From: a virus
Taxonomy: Duplodnaviria; Caudoviricetes
Length of the DNA stretch: 64,000 nt
IMG/VR virus record: IMGVR_UViG_3300013297_000004
Location: 992 to 64,991 of that record
Direction: 5' to 3' (one strand)
Part shown: one piece after another, positions 46,601-55,396 of the stretch
How the letters are laid out: each line of letters starts with the position of its first letter
Numbering within the stretch: position 1 is the stretch's first letter
Program-made: the position numbers and the translations under genes
Notes under the pieces: generated by a model
Seen by the model: only the letters and a program-made list of their open reading frames with translations
Databases searched by the model: none
What the model was told of the DNA's origin: nothing

Positions 46601-47352
46601 ACGCGACTGACCTGCTGACCCGTGCCGGTGGCGATGCGCGCTACGCGGCGCTCTCACATACCCACACGGCGAGCCAGATCACCGACTTCGCCGAGGCGCT
46701 GGACGACCGGGTGGCGGCGCTGCTGGTGCAGGGCACCAACATTACGCTGACCTACAATGATGTCGCCAACACGCTGACGATTGCCGCGACTGGCGGAGGT
46801 GCTGCGACAGTGGTTGGTGTCACGCCGCCCGGTTCGCCTACTGACGGCCAGCTGTGGTTCGCCAGCGATGCGTCGGCAGGCGGTGGCCAGCTCTACATCT
46901 ACTACAATGACGGCACGTCGTCGGCGTGGGTGCCTTCGACGCCGTCCTCGACCGGCAGCCTGCCGACTGGTCCGGCGGGCGGCGACCTTCTCGGCACCTA
47001 CCCCAACCCGACCCTGAACCCGGCGGTCATCGCCGTCATCCCGCAGAATTCCCAGTCGGCGACCTACCCACTGGTTCTCGCGGATGCTGGGCGGCACATC
47101 TATCACCCAGTCGCGGCGGCAGCGGCGATCTACACGATCCCGGCCAATGCGTCGGTGCCCTATCCTATCGGCACGACCCTAACTTTCGTGAACGACAGCG
47201 CCAACGTCGTCACTGTTTCGATTACCTCCGACGTGCTGGTCTGGTCGCCCGGCACCACGACAGGCTCGCGCTCCTTGGCGGTCGGCGGCATGGCGACGGC
47301 GCTCAAGGTCACGGCTACGAGATGGCTGATCTCGGGGACGGGCCTGTCATGA
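43645..47352 (+). CDS. long tail fibre-like protein
   Basis: TTG start with GGGAGG SD; PxxGDLW modules, EAPIDGKQYAR, LPLxGGTLTG repeats, GPAGGxLxGTYPNP x3. Confidence 0.75.
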   Translation: MPTVTNSPTPPSAPAEGDLWFDTTTGRQYDWYISPGTGLGSWVQSQPTGGAVVPTMVGPITVPSIPSISPHDVTRVPTITMSAVPPTAPVPGDLWWNTISGKEFIFYDDGNTQQWVISNRPSFAPFDEAPIDGKQYARQNANWTESLPIVGGVVTGEIDFLEPGGLMRHPGPYPNGSWQWFDMTNPLVNVKHGLIFDIVTTNSSSEINTNGIILNIYTPPDNGGDVSGMWIRQSGGGNGLSVYNLYEDRPAGLTAYPNQGFAIEARVSGGKHSIYSEAVSGAAFLAVIGSTDVTGSGLIVKPRATGDMNRRAVQVLNAAGDAESFYANLAGDILANSSLFTGQMMIATATPQIAFVDVPSGLKKYLRSHDGLLEVLKDDYSVAIWTLFDDGRTYQGGVAYALTPDPAASAIELVTAEWVRAKGYLVGGDLDFLPLTGGTLTGSLSINADNPIPWTTPQLLITGILPSISLVGTAPESDADNYGGFIGFFDGPDYATSAGRGGIGWYSDGSNIISLWQTHLGGITHKADGNFIVNVGSMGLLGSLFVCYDNHIELTAPIYFQTVDVDAADDRGATTGWVRAQGYTTVSGGYLPLSGGTLTGDLKISDGIPAPAGTGMWLFETGWISVWGVSPGIDFETWTNAVGEKNWQMMSPQEAGGAIYLDALSDDWLTTQTRFTFLRNGTFGADWLSSKGADIYGTVADDPFIALSATDAPANRRFWNMVTSGGDLLAIFLDDAFATQSFIRYYRTGGVDLHGDLLIDVGTTTSVSALGIVNRGANGAAIRLSDGTTNRYIRSVAGFLQFMNSTFSAAVFSIDDTGNTSQPGLAHAGGTIPPTSNDDTLITSAWARTNITGGGGGGAPTGPAGGALAGTYPNPTLVGGPLSNYQTIAGMPTSLPPSGAAGGALSGTYPNPGLSWISRTAAQTLAIGTGGTLGSNAFTSTAYQPAGSYQTADATLTALAGIAATAGVIEQTSGDVFGIRLIGVANATDLLTRAGGDARYAALSHTHTASQITDFAEALDDRVAALLVQGTNITLTYNDVANTLTIAATGGGAATVVGVTPPGSPTDGQLWFASDASAGGGQLYIYYNDGTSSAWVPSTPSSTGSLPTGPAGGDLLGTYPNPTLNPAVIAVIPQNSQSATYPLVLADAGRHIYHPVAAAAAIYTIPANASVPYPIGTTLTFVNDSANVVTVSITSDVLVWSPGTTTGSRSLAVGGMATALKVTATRWLISGTGLS

Positions 47353-48002
47353 GCGTCAGGTCCCTCATGGTCGCTTCGGCTCCGCAGCTGCCACAAGTCA
47401 GCGTCATCACGACGGCTGGCACGGGCAGCGTGCCGGTTCCGGCTGGCTTCTCGAAATACACCGCCGAGGCGATTGGCGGCGGCGGCAACGGTTTCGGCTC
47501 GACCACCAACGCCAACAAGGCGGGCGGCGGTGGCGGGCGCTGGGCGATCAGCGCGCCCAAGATCGCAGTCTCGCCGGGCAACTCGATCTTCTACAGTGTC
47601 GGTACGGCGGCGCAGGACAGCTGGGTCAACACGACCAACGCGCCGCCGTCCTTGGCTTCGACTGGCTGCCTCGCCAAGGCAGGCACGAACGCGGCCTCTG
47701 GTGTCGCCGGTAACGGCGCAGCGACCGGGTCGATCAATGCGTCGACCAACGCGGGTGGCACGGGTGCTACGGGCAACAACGCGGTCGGCGGCGGAGCAGC
47801 AGGCGCTTCAGGTGTAGGCTCCGGTCAGACAGCAGGAACCGATACCACCGGCTTGTCGGCGCAGCTGATGGGCGGCGGTACAGGCGGCGCGTCGCTCACG
47901 GCAGGCACCGCACCGGGCGGCGGCGGCGGCTCGTCGGCGACAGCAGGCACCAATCCCGCAGGCGCAGTCGGGCGCGTGCGCATCACCTTCTATGTGAACT
48001 GA
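47349..48002 (+). CDS. glycine-rich fibre-tip/adhesin-like protein
   Basis: AIGGGG..., APGGGGG, GAVGRVRITF; start ATG 47349. Confidence 0.65.
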   Translation: MSVRSLMVASAPQLPQVSVITTAGTGSVPVPAGFSKYTAEAIGGGGNGFGSTTNANKAGGGGGRWAISAPKIAVSPGNSIFYSVGTAAQDSWVNTTNAPPSLASTGCLAKAGTNAASGVAGNGAATGSINASTNAGGTGATGNNAVGGGAAGASGVGSGQTAGTDTTGLSAQLMGGGTGGASLTAGTAPGGGGGSSATAGTNPAGAVGRVRITFYVN

Positions 48003-48003
48003 T

Positions 48004-49077
48004 ATGGCTGCTCTCGACTTCCCCTCCTCGCCTGCGCTTAACCAGCTTTTCGCTGCGGGTAACGGCGTCACCTACAAGTGGAACGGGACCAACTGGGTGA
48101 CGGTCTCGACCAGCAGCAGTTGGCTGCTGCTGACCGGCGGCACGCTGACTGGCGCGCTGATCATCGACATGCCGACGTCGGGCAGCAATATCATCGTCGG
48201 CTCGTTCGCGGATGACCCGTCCTATAATGCCATCTCGCTGAACGGCGACGCGACTGGCGCGGGCATGGCGGGATTGCTGGGCGGCGGTGCTAGCGGCGAT
48301 CTCTATATCGCAACCCCAACCGGGCACGCGATGACTTTTAGGGTTGGTGGTGTTGACCGGGCGATCCTGAACAACACCGTCTTCCAGATGAACAACGGCA
48401 CGGTGATCGCGTCGGGCGGCGACATCCTTGCCTATCGCTACGGCACCAACGCGACGGCGATCATTCGAGCGACGTCGGTGTCTGATGACGCCTACGCGCC
48501 GCCCTTCCTGTCGATGTGGCGGACCAGCGGATCGAATACTGCCGCGCCCGGTGGCAGCACGTTGGGTTCACTACGCTTTGAGGGTCTGGGGTCGGACAAC
48601 GGCTATGCCTATTGGGGTGGCCTGTCTGGCGACATGATCGGAGCCAACGCGGTCAACGGCGGTGTCAGCGATCTGCAAATGTGGGCCAACCTCGGCGGCA
48701 ACGCCGTGGCGATGATGCGTTGGTCGGGTGCCAGTCAGAACATCCAAGCCTACTACCCGCTCGTCGCGGACAGGTTCACCACCACTGCCGCCAACATCAA
48801 CGCGCAGACCGGCACGTCTTACGCCCTCGTCGCGGCTGACAACGGCAAGACCGTCACGATGAACAACGCCGCTGCGAGTTCGCTGACGGTGCCAACTGGC
48901 CTGCCCGCAGGCTTCGGCTGCACTGTCGTCCAGCTGGGCGTGGGTCAGGTTACAATCTCTGGCACCGCCACGCTGCGCAACCGCAACGGTCTAAAACTTG
49001 CAGGGCAGTATGCTGCTTCGGGCCTGATCTACGTCACCACCGACACCTACACGGTCGGCGGCGACACGGTGCCCTGA
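48004..49077 (+). CDS. second tail fibre-like protein
   Basis: LDFPSSP...YKWNG..W module, GGTLTG, C-terminal NAQTGTSYALVAADNG...QLGVGQVT domain. Confidence 0.7.
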   Translation: MAALDFPSSPALNQLFAAGNGVTYKWNGTNWVTVSTSSSWLLLTGGTLTGALIIDMPTSGSNIIVGSFADDPSYNAISLNGDATGAGMAGLLGGGASGDLYIATPTGHAMTFRVGGVDRAILNNTVFQMNNGTVIASGGDILAYRYGTNATAIIRATSVSDDAYAPPFLSMWRTSGSNTAAPGGSTLGSLRFEGLGSDNGYAYWGGLSGDMIGANAVNGGVSDLQMWANLGGNAVAMMRWSGASQNIQAYYPLVADRFTTTAANINAQTGTSYALVAADNGKTVTMNNAAASSLTVPTGLPAGFGCTVVQLGVGQVTISGTATLRNRNGLKLAGQYAASGLIYVTTDTYTVGGDTVP

Positions 49078-49841
49078 TGTTCGCCGCCCGCGCCCTTCTT
49101 CTCAGGCCGCAAGCTACGGCGCTCAACGTCGTCATCTCAGCCAATGGGACGAACCTCAACCTGCGCACGGTCGCCAACGCGCAGGGCTACACCAGCGGCA
49201 ACTGCACGATCACGATCAATGCCGGTGTCGATGTCGGCTCGGCTACGACCGCCACGCCTGCTCTCGTGGTCGGCACATGGCCTGCGGGCATCACCCCCAA
49301 GCTGATCAACAAGGGCACGATCACCGGAGCGCCCGGTGGCGGCGGTGCGGGCGGCGTCGGCAACTTCACCACGGTGGGCTCGCCCGGCTCGCCCGGTGCG
49401 GCGGGCGGCACGGCGCTCAGTGCTGCGGCTGGTCTGCTCTCGGTTGACAACGCAGCTGGCGTCATTCGTGGCGGCAAGGGTGGTGGCGGCGGTGGCGGTG
49501 GCGGTGGCGGCGGGTTCAGCACCGGCCACACCTTCGGCGTGACGGGCGGCACGGGTGGCGTGGGTGGCACTGGCGGGGCAGGCTCGCCGGGTGATGCAGG
49601 CGACGGCACAGTGCCGGGCGGTGGTGGTACGGCGGGTGTCGGTGGCACAGGCGGCACGGCGGGCGGTGGCGCGTTTGGTGCGCCCGGCAATGCAGGCGCG
49701 CCGGGCGGCGATATGTCAGGTGGTGACGTCAACGCGACGGGTGGCGGTGGCGGTGCTGGCGGCGGAGCAGGCAACGCCGTACAAGGTAATTCCAATATCA
49801 CTTGGCTCGCCAACGGCACGCGGCTGGGCGGTATCGTCTGA
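49077..49841 (+). CDS. glycine-rich adhesin (T-even gp38-like polyglycine architecture)
   Basis: ITINAGV.VGS, LINKGTITG..G.GG, GGGGG runs, GNAV.GNS.ITW..GTRLG. Confidence 0.65.
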   Translation: MFAARALLLRPQATALNVVISANGTNLNLRTVANAQGYTSGNCTITINAGVDVGSATTATPALVVGTWPAGITPKLINKGTITGAPGGGGAGGVGNFTTVGSPGSPGAAGGTALSAAAGLLSVDNAAGVIRGGKGGGGGGGGGGGGFSTGHTFGVTGGTGGVGGTGGAGSPGDAGDGTVPGGGGTAGVGGTGGTAGGGAFGAPGNAGAPGGDMSGGDVNATGGGGGAGGGAGNAVQGNSNITWLANGTRLGGIV

Positions 49842-49859
49842 TTTATACAGGAGAGGTTC

Positions 49860-50063
49860 ATGATCAAGCTGGAACTATCTGAACAAGTGATCGCCCAGAT
49901 CATGGAGGCGCTGGCAGCTCAGCCGTTGGGCAAGTCGTTTGATGCCTTTGTGACCATCCGCAGCCAGATCGCGCAACAGCGCGTCCCGGTGTCGCCGCCG
50001 ACGCCGCCGCCGTCGCTGCCCGACCAGCCGAAGCCGCCCGTACCCAACGGATCGGATATCTGA
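49860..50063 (+). CDS. small protein following fibre genes (possible chaperone)
   Basis: AGGAGAGG SD. Confidence 0.6.
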   Translation: MIKLELSEQVIAQIMEALAAQPLGKSFDAFVTIRSQIAQQRVPVSPPTPPPSLPDQPKPPVPNGSDI

Positions 50064-50072
50064 GGTAGGCAG

Positions 50073-50561
50073 ATGCCTGAACTTGATTTCCCCCCGACCC
50101 CTATTGTCGGCCAGAAGTACACAGCGCCTTCGGGCGCGGTGTATGAATGGAACGGCGTGGCGTGGACGGTTGGCTACTACGACAGCAATACCCAGCAGCT
50201 GGGGACGGTCGGTGACATCCTGAAGCAGGTGCGGACCCTGCTGCAGGATACCGACGTGTCCTCGGGTGAGTATCGCTACTCGACCGACAGCATCGTTATG
50301 AACCTCAATCAGGGCATGATGGATATGTTCCGGCTGCGCCCCGACCTGTTCCTCGAAAACGGCTTCAAGGTGCCGACCTTCACGGTCGAGTTGCTGGACG
50401 CCAAGCTGATCGTCGAGCCGCAGTATGTGCCGCCGCTGGTCTACTATGTAGTCGGCCTGACGCAGGCCCGCGACGACGAGCAGAACCAAGACGCCCGCGC
50501 GACTGGCTTCCTCAAGGTCTTCCAAGCCGCCATTATTACGGGAGGGTTGTCGCCGTCATGA
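50073..50561 (+). CDS. head-tail adaptor-like protein with N-terminal fibre-type module
   Basis: ILKQVRTLLQD...RYS...LNQG...LRPDLF...PLVYYV. Confidence 0.7.
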   Translation: MPELDFPPTPIVGQKYTAPSGAVYEWNGVAWTVGYYDSNTQQLGTVGDILKQVRTLLQDTDVSSGEYRYSTDSIVMNLNQGMMDMFRLRPDLFLENGFKVPTFTVELLDAKLIVEPQYVPPLVYYVVGLTQARDDEQNQDARATGFLKVFQAAIITGGLSPS

Positions 50562-51202
50562 GCAGCCCCGACCCCCCGAACGTTTGGAAGAACATCTACG
50601 ACGATGTGAAAATCCAAATCCCCGGCGTCACCGATGCTGTGTTCAAGCAGATGCTGTATCAGGTGTGGGGTGATTTCTGCGACCGGACCAACATCTGGAT
50701 CGAGGAAGTTCCCATTCCCGCCATGCCCAACGTTGTCCTCTACCCCTTCACGCTCGCGAACAAGGGGATGCCGAACCGGCTGTTGTTGCTCTACGATCCG
50801 CAGACCTCTCCGGCGCGCCACTGGGTGCAGGGCAGCGTCGAGATGAACCGGCCCGGGACGATCCGCATAATGTACGCGCCGTCGACTGCCGTGACGTGGA
50901 TGGCTGTGGTCGCCAAGACGCCGCACGAGCGCACTGCCGAGGGCTACCCGGATATCAATCCCGCTGACGAGTGGATCATCGAGAAGTACGGCGACGGCAT
51001 GCACTACGGGGTGCTGGGTCGTCTGATGGAGATGCCTGCCAAGCCGTACACCAACACCAAGCTGGGCTCGATGAACTGGCAGTACTACGTCACCGAGCGC
51101 GGCAAGGCGCGGAGCGATGCGACGAAGTCGAACATCTATGGCGGCCAGCGGTGGATGTTCCCGCAGTCCTTCGCGGTCGGCAGCCGGAAGGGTTGGACAT
51201 GA
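50558..51202 (+). CDS. head-tail adaptor/tail tubular A-like protein
   Basis: PGVTDAV..Q...DFCDRTNIW, YGVLGRLM.MP.KPYTN. Confidence 0.7.
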   Translation: MSSPDPPNVWKNIYDDVKIQIPGVTDAVFKQMLYQVWGDFCDRTNIWIEEVPIPAMPNVVLYPFTLANKGMPNRLLLLYDPQTSPARHWVQGSVEMNRPGTIRIMYAPSTAVTWMAVVAKTPHERTAEGYPDINPADEWIIEKYGDGMHYGVLGRLMEMPAKPYTNTKLGSMNWQYYVTERGKARSDATKSNIYGGQRWMFPQSFAVGSRKGWT

Positions 51203-52233
51203 AGATCAAGCATCCTTTCGTCAACGCCAAGGCTGACGGGCCCAACAGCACGTTGGTCAAGCCGAGCGACTGGAACGCCTTCCACAGCATGGATGCGGAC
51301 GGCGCTGCGGTGTACCTCGGCCGCAACGCGTCTGGTCCCGGCCCGGTGCAGGAGCTGCCCATCGACCACGCCGCCTCGGGCGACGACTTCACGATGATGA
51401 CCAAGGCGCAGGTGCAAGCGGCGATTGCTGCCGCGATGGCAACGATCTCGCCGGGACCGGAGACGGGTGATCTGTTGGCCAGCTTGCGCCTGACCAAGGC
51501 AGGCTGCTTGCTGCTTAACGGCCAGACCATTGGCAACGTCGGCTCGACGGCGACCTTCCCCAACGCCAGTGCGCAGAGCCTGTTCAACCTGATGTGGGCG
51601 ATCAATGGCGCGACGTGGCCGGTGTTGCCGTCACGCGGCGCGACCGCAGCCGCTGACTGGGCGGCGTTGGCGACCATTGCCCTGCCCGATGCCCGTGGCT
51701 GCACTATCGGCATGCTCGATCTGGCAGCGGGCGTAACCGCTTTGATCGCCCTGCTCGGTGTCAAGGTGGGTGCGTCGAGCCGCACGCTGGTGAGCGGCGA
51801 CGTGCCGCCGCATATGCACACGGCGGCGAACGCGCCGTTCAACGCCAATATCGGCGCGTCGGGTGGCGGCACGGGGCTGTTCTCGGCAGGGATCAACGGC
51901 ACTTCGATATCCGGTGGTGCAGAGAAGGCATCGTCGTCGGCCGCCTCGGTTCTCGGCTCGACGCTGACGGTCGGCGGTAGTTTGACGGGCACGTTCGCGC
52001 CCGGTCAGGTGGTCGCTGGTGACGGCGTAACGATTAACATCTGGCCGAGTGCTGGCCCCATCGTCGCGGTGAAAATCCTCTCGCAGCTTACTGGGCCGAC
52101 CGGCGGGGCAGGCACCTACCAACTCGATACGGCGTGCCAGACCAGCGGCCCCGGCTTGCTGCGCGCCTACACCAACGACCCGATCAGTCTCGTGCAGCCG
52201 ACGATGGGTGCGAACATCTTCATCAAGCTGTAG
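51199..52233 (+). CDS. tail collar domain fibre protein
   Basis: VKPSDWN..H, GCLLLNGQTIG, LF..MW, IALPDARG, C-terminal VQPTM..NIFIKL. Confidence 0.75.
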   Translation: MKIKHPFVNAKADGPNSTLVKPSDWNAFHSMDADGAAVYLGRNASGPGPVQELPIDHAASGDDFTMMTKAQVQAAIAAAMATISPGPETGDLLASLRLTKAGCLLLNGQTIGNVGSTATFPNASAQSLFNLMWAINGATWPVLPSRGATAAADWAALATIALPDARGCTIGMLDLAAGVTALIALLGVKVGASSRTLVSGDVPPHMHTAANAPFNANIGASGGGTGLFSAGINGTSISGGAEKASSSAASVLGSTLTVGGSLTGTFAPGQVVAGDGVTINIWPSAGPIVAVKILSQLTGPTGGAGTYQLDTACQTSGPGLLRAYTNDPISLVQPTMGANIFIKL

Positions 52234-52264
52234 GAGTGAGTGCGTTTAACCCAAGGAGAATGAT

Positions 52265-52807
52265 ATGGCCGACCACGACAAACACCCCACCCCGGCTACG
52301 ACTGCCGTGGCTCCGACCGTCACGGAGGTGCCGCCGACCAAGCCGATAGCGGCTGAGGGCGAAGGCAGCATGACGGGCGTCAGCATGGGCCTCTACTCGG
52401 CTGGGGCGGTGCCCAAGGTCGAAGGCGAGCCGGTCGACTATGCCGCTAACGCCGAGGCAGCGGCAGCGTACATCGTGTCGCCGATGCCCGTGATGATGAG
52501 CGACGCCGACGCTCTGATCGTCGGTCGTTCGGTCGAAGCGCGCTACATCCCGCCGCCTCCGCCGCCCAGCGTCATCGAGCAGCTGACCGCGATGGCAGCT
52601 CCCCCGGATGCGCCTCCGCCGGAAGGCGGCGCGCTCGACGCGTCGGCAGCAGGCCAGCGTGCGGCCTACGGCGCTACTCCGCCAATTACGCCGCAACGCG
52701 ACGCCATGCGACGTGAGCATCCGCTTGGCCACGGCCCGCAAGCGACGCCGACGCCACATCCGGCTCCGGCTCCGGCTCCGGTACCGCCGCCGCCGCACCG
52801 GCCGTAA
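52265..52807 (+). CDS. Pro/Ala-rich hypothetical protein
   Basis: AAGGAG SD. Confidence 0.6.
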   Translation: MADHDKHPTPATTAVAPTVTEVPPTKPIAAEGEGSMTGVSMGLYSAGAVPKVEGEPVDYAANAEAAAAYIVSPMPVMMSDADALIVGRSVEARYIPPPPPPSVIEQLTAMAAPPDAPPPEGGALDASAAGQRAAYGATPPITPQRDAMRREHPLGHGPQATPTPHPAPAPAPVPPPPHRP

Positions 52808-52808
52808 C

Positions 52809-52825
52809 TTACGCCCGGGGCGTAA
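52809..52825. repeat. 17-bp palindrome copy (perfect) filling the gap before the nozzle gene
   Basis: TTACGCCCGGGGCGTAA, ATG follows 2 nt later. Confidence 0.95.
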
Positions 52826-52827
52826 CG

Positions 52828-54630
52828 ATGCCGATCCCTCCCATCTCGATCTCGGCGTTCGGCGGTGAGATACCCGCCATCGACGAACGTTTGATCGGTG
52901 ACACGCAAGCGGCTGCCAGCGTCAATGCGTGGCTGCTGTCGGGGAGGATCGAACCTGTGCGGTCGCTGCAGCCTATCCACGCCATGGAGAACGCAGCGGC
53001 GCGCAGCTTTTTCCGGTTGCCCAAGGGAGACCCGGGTGTCGACAACATGGTCGACAGCTACTGGCTGGAGTTCGAGAACGACAACGTTCGGGTGGTGCGC
53101 AGTCCGGTCGTCGGGCAAGACGACGACGGCCGGTACTACTGGGCTGACGGCACGCACCCTAAGATGATGACCGGCGACATGATCGAGGCGGGCGACCCGC
53201 CCTACTTCCTCGGTGTCCCGGCTCCGACCATCCCGCCTCTCGTCACCGTGTCGGGCGGATCGAGCAGCAGCAACAAGACGGTGAACTACACCTACACCTA
53301 TGTGACGTCGCTGGGCGAGGAGAGCGCGCCGTCGCCGCCGACCACTGCCACTGGCAAGATCGACGCCACTTACCATCTCACGCTCACACCGCCGTCGCCT
53401 GCCCAGCTCGATGGGCACGACATCACTCACATGCGCATCTACCGGACGGTGGTCAGCGCACAGGGTATCGGCACGTTCTTCTTCGTTGCCGAGGTCCCCA
53501 TCGCGACGACGGTCTACGACGACAACTGCGCGGTGGTGACGGACGCCGTCGTGGTCAACAACGAGCAGCTGCTGACCACGACATGGTCTGAACCACCCAC
53601 TGATCTGCAGGGGCTGGTGACGCTGCCGAACGGCATGCTCGCGGGCTGGCGCAAGAACGAGGTCTGGTTCTGTGAGCCCTACTTCCCGCACGCGTGGCCG
53701 ATCCAGTACGTCATCGGCGTCGATCCGACCATCGTCGGGTTGGGCGTGTTCGGCCAGTCGCTGATAATCCTGTGCGAGGGCCAGCCCTATGCGGCAACCG
53801 GCATCCACCCCTCGGCGATGGCGCTGTCTAAAATCCAACCGCTGGAGCCGTGCACGTCGCAGCGGTCCATCGTGAACACGCCGAACGGCGTGCTGTATTC
53901 CTCGCCCAATGGACTGATCAACATCACGCCGCAGGGTGCCACCAATCTGACGATCCAGACCATCCTCAAGAGCCAGTGGGCGGCGCGGATGAACTTGTCG
54001 ACGGTCATGGCGTCGATTATCAGCCAAGCCTACTACTGCTACTCCGGCACCTTGGCGGGGGTGTTCCAGAACTCCAGCAACCCGCCCGATGCCTTCAACG
54101 CCTTCCAGCAGGACGCCTTCCAGCAGGACAGCTTCTTCGGCAGCCGACCGGGTGCGTACATCTCGCTGAACGATCAGCGGCTGGGGATCACTACGCTCGA
54201 CCCGGCACCGGACATTGTGGTCAACGTCATCACCGACATCTTCAACGGCGAGACGATGGTGCTGCGCGACGGCGTCGTCTATCTCGTCGACACCCGCGCG
54301 CTCGCGCCCTATGCCAAGTACCGCTGGCGGTCGAAGATTTTCGTCCTGCCGTACATCCAGAACCTCGGTGCGGCCAAGGTCTACTGGACGCCGCCCGATC
54401 CCACGACGGTGCCCAACCCGACGATCTTCCGGGTGTACGCCTCGGAGCGGCCGACCGAGACCGGCAACGGGCTGACTAAGCGGTTCGAGTGCAAGCTGGG
54501 CAAGTCAGGTGAAATGTTCCGGCTGCCGTCCGGCTATAAGGCTCAGTTTTACCAGTTCGAGATCGAGGGCTACGCCATCATCGACGCTATCCATTGCGCA
54601 CAGACCCCTCACGAGCTGCGGAGGGTGTGA
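52828..54630 (+). CDS. tail nozzle/stabilisation (tubular B-like) protein
   Basis: FGGEIP, LGVPAP, YTYVTSLGEESAPSP, RIYRT, FCEPYFPHAWP, YSSPNGL, WRSKIF, FRLPSGYKA. Confidence 0.78.
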   Translation: MPIPPISISAFGGEIPAIDERLIGDTQAAASVNAWLLSGRIEPVRSLQPIHAMENAAARSFFRLPKGDPGVDNMVDSYWLEFENDNVRVVRSPVVGQDDDGRYYWADGTHPKMMTGDMIEAGDPPYFLGVPAPTIPPLVTVSGGSSSSNKTVNYTYTYVTSLGEESAPSPPTTATGKIDATYHLTLTPPSPAQLDGHDITHMRIYRTVVSAQGIGTFFFVAEVPIATTVYDDNCAVVTDAVVVNNEQLLTTTWSEPPTDLQGLVTLPNGMLAGWRKNEVWFCEPYFPHAWPIQYVIGVDPTIVGLGVFGQSLIILCEGQPYAATGIHPSAMALSKIQPLEPCTSQRSIVNTPNGVLYSSPNGLINITPQGATNLTIQTILKSQWAARMNLSTVMASIISQAYYCYSGTLAGVFQNSSNPPDAFNAFQQDAFQQDSFFGSRPGAYISLNDQRLGITTLDPAPDIVVNVITDIFNGETMVLRDGVVYLVDTRALAPYAKYRWRSKIFVLPYIQNLGAAKVYWTPPDPTTVPNPTIFRVYASERPTETGNGLTKRFECKLGKSGEMFRLPSGYKAQFYQFEIEGYAIIDAIHCAQTPHELRRV

Positions 54631-54935
54631 TGGAGACTAGGCCACGCCCGTACATTGCGCCGATCCCCGATCCGACTGCCGACGTCGATGGACTGTTCCG
54701 TAGCGTGATGGCGCTCAAGCAAGCCGTCGAGCAGATGGTCGGCTCGCGCGGGCGCAGTCACGGCGGCCTGAGCGAGAAGGCATCAGGTCACATTTCAGCT
54801 GAACGCAAAGCGACGATCCATATCGTCGTACAGGCACCCAGTGCTGCCATCGACGGCGACTTCTGGCTGTGCAAGGGACAGACGACGTCGCTCTCGGTCG
54901 CCGTCAACGGCAAGTGGGAGATGATCTGGCCATGA
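54630..54935 (+). CDS. small tail-region protein
   Basis: IPDP...ALKQAVEQM.G.RG pattern; coupled. Confidence 0.6.
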   Translation: METRPRPYIAPIPDPTADVDGLFRSVMALKQAVEQMVGSRGRSHGGLSEKASGHISAERKATIHIVVQAPSAAIDGDFWLCKGQTTSLSVAVNGKWEMIWP

Positions 54936-55396
54936 TCCGCATCGGCGACGAGCGTCACGGCAGGCTGATCGCGATGGCGGCTTGCGTGGGCTACGACCCC
55001 GAGACCGACAAAACCTTCAGCCGGGTCGATAGCGATGGCTGCTTCCTCGGCGGCTTCGTGCTGACCGACTACACCGGCTCGACCATGACCGACCACATGG
55101 CAGGGGTCGGCAACTGGTGCAGCCCGCAGCTGATGTGGGTCATATTTGATTACCAGTTCGAGCAGTGCAGCCTGAAGAAGGTCATGTGCACGGTTAGTTC
55201 TCACCGCCGGAACGTGGTCGATCTGGTGACACGCGCGGGCTTCCGGCACGAGTACTCAATTGAAGATGGCGTTCCTGAAGGCCAGATGCACCTGTTTTCG
55301 ATGTCGAAAGATCAGTGCAAATGGCTTAGGCTGCGGGACCGCTACCTGAAGGTGAATGGCATCCATCGAGGGGAACACGTTCATGTTCACGCCTGA
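54932..55396 (+). CDS. GNAT-fold acetyltransferase-like virion assembly protein
   Basis: GGFVLTDYTG, IFDYQFEQC...GFRHE...FSMSKDQCKWL; typical position before ejection proteins. Confidence 0.75.
   Translation: MIRIGDERHGRLIAMAACVGYDPETDKTFSRVDSDGCFLGGFVLTDYTGSTMTDHMAGVGNWCSPQLMWVIFDYQFEQCSLKKVMCTVSSHRRNVVDLVTRAGFRHEYSIEDGVPEGQMHLFSMSKDQCKWLRLRDRYLKVNGIHRGEHVHVHA

Noticed and set aside
43645-52233. Diversity-generating retroelement or invertible tail-fibre cassette
   Set aside because: No reverse transcriptase or invertase, and the repeated fibre modules differ at many non-adenine positions.
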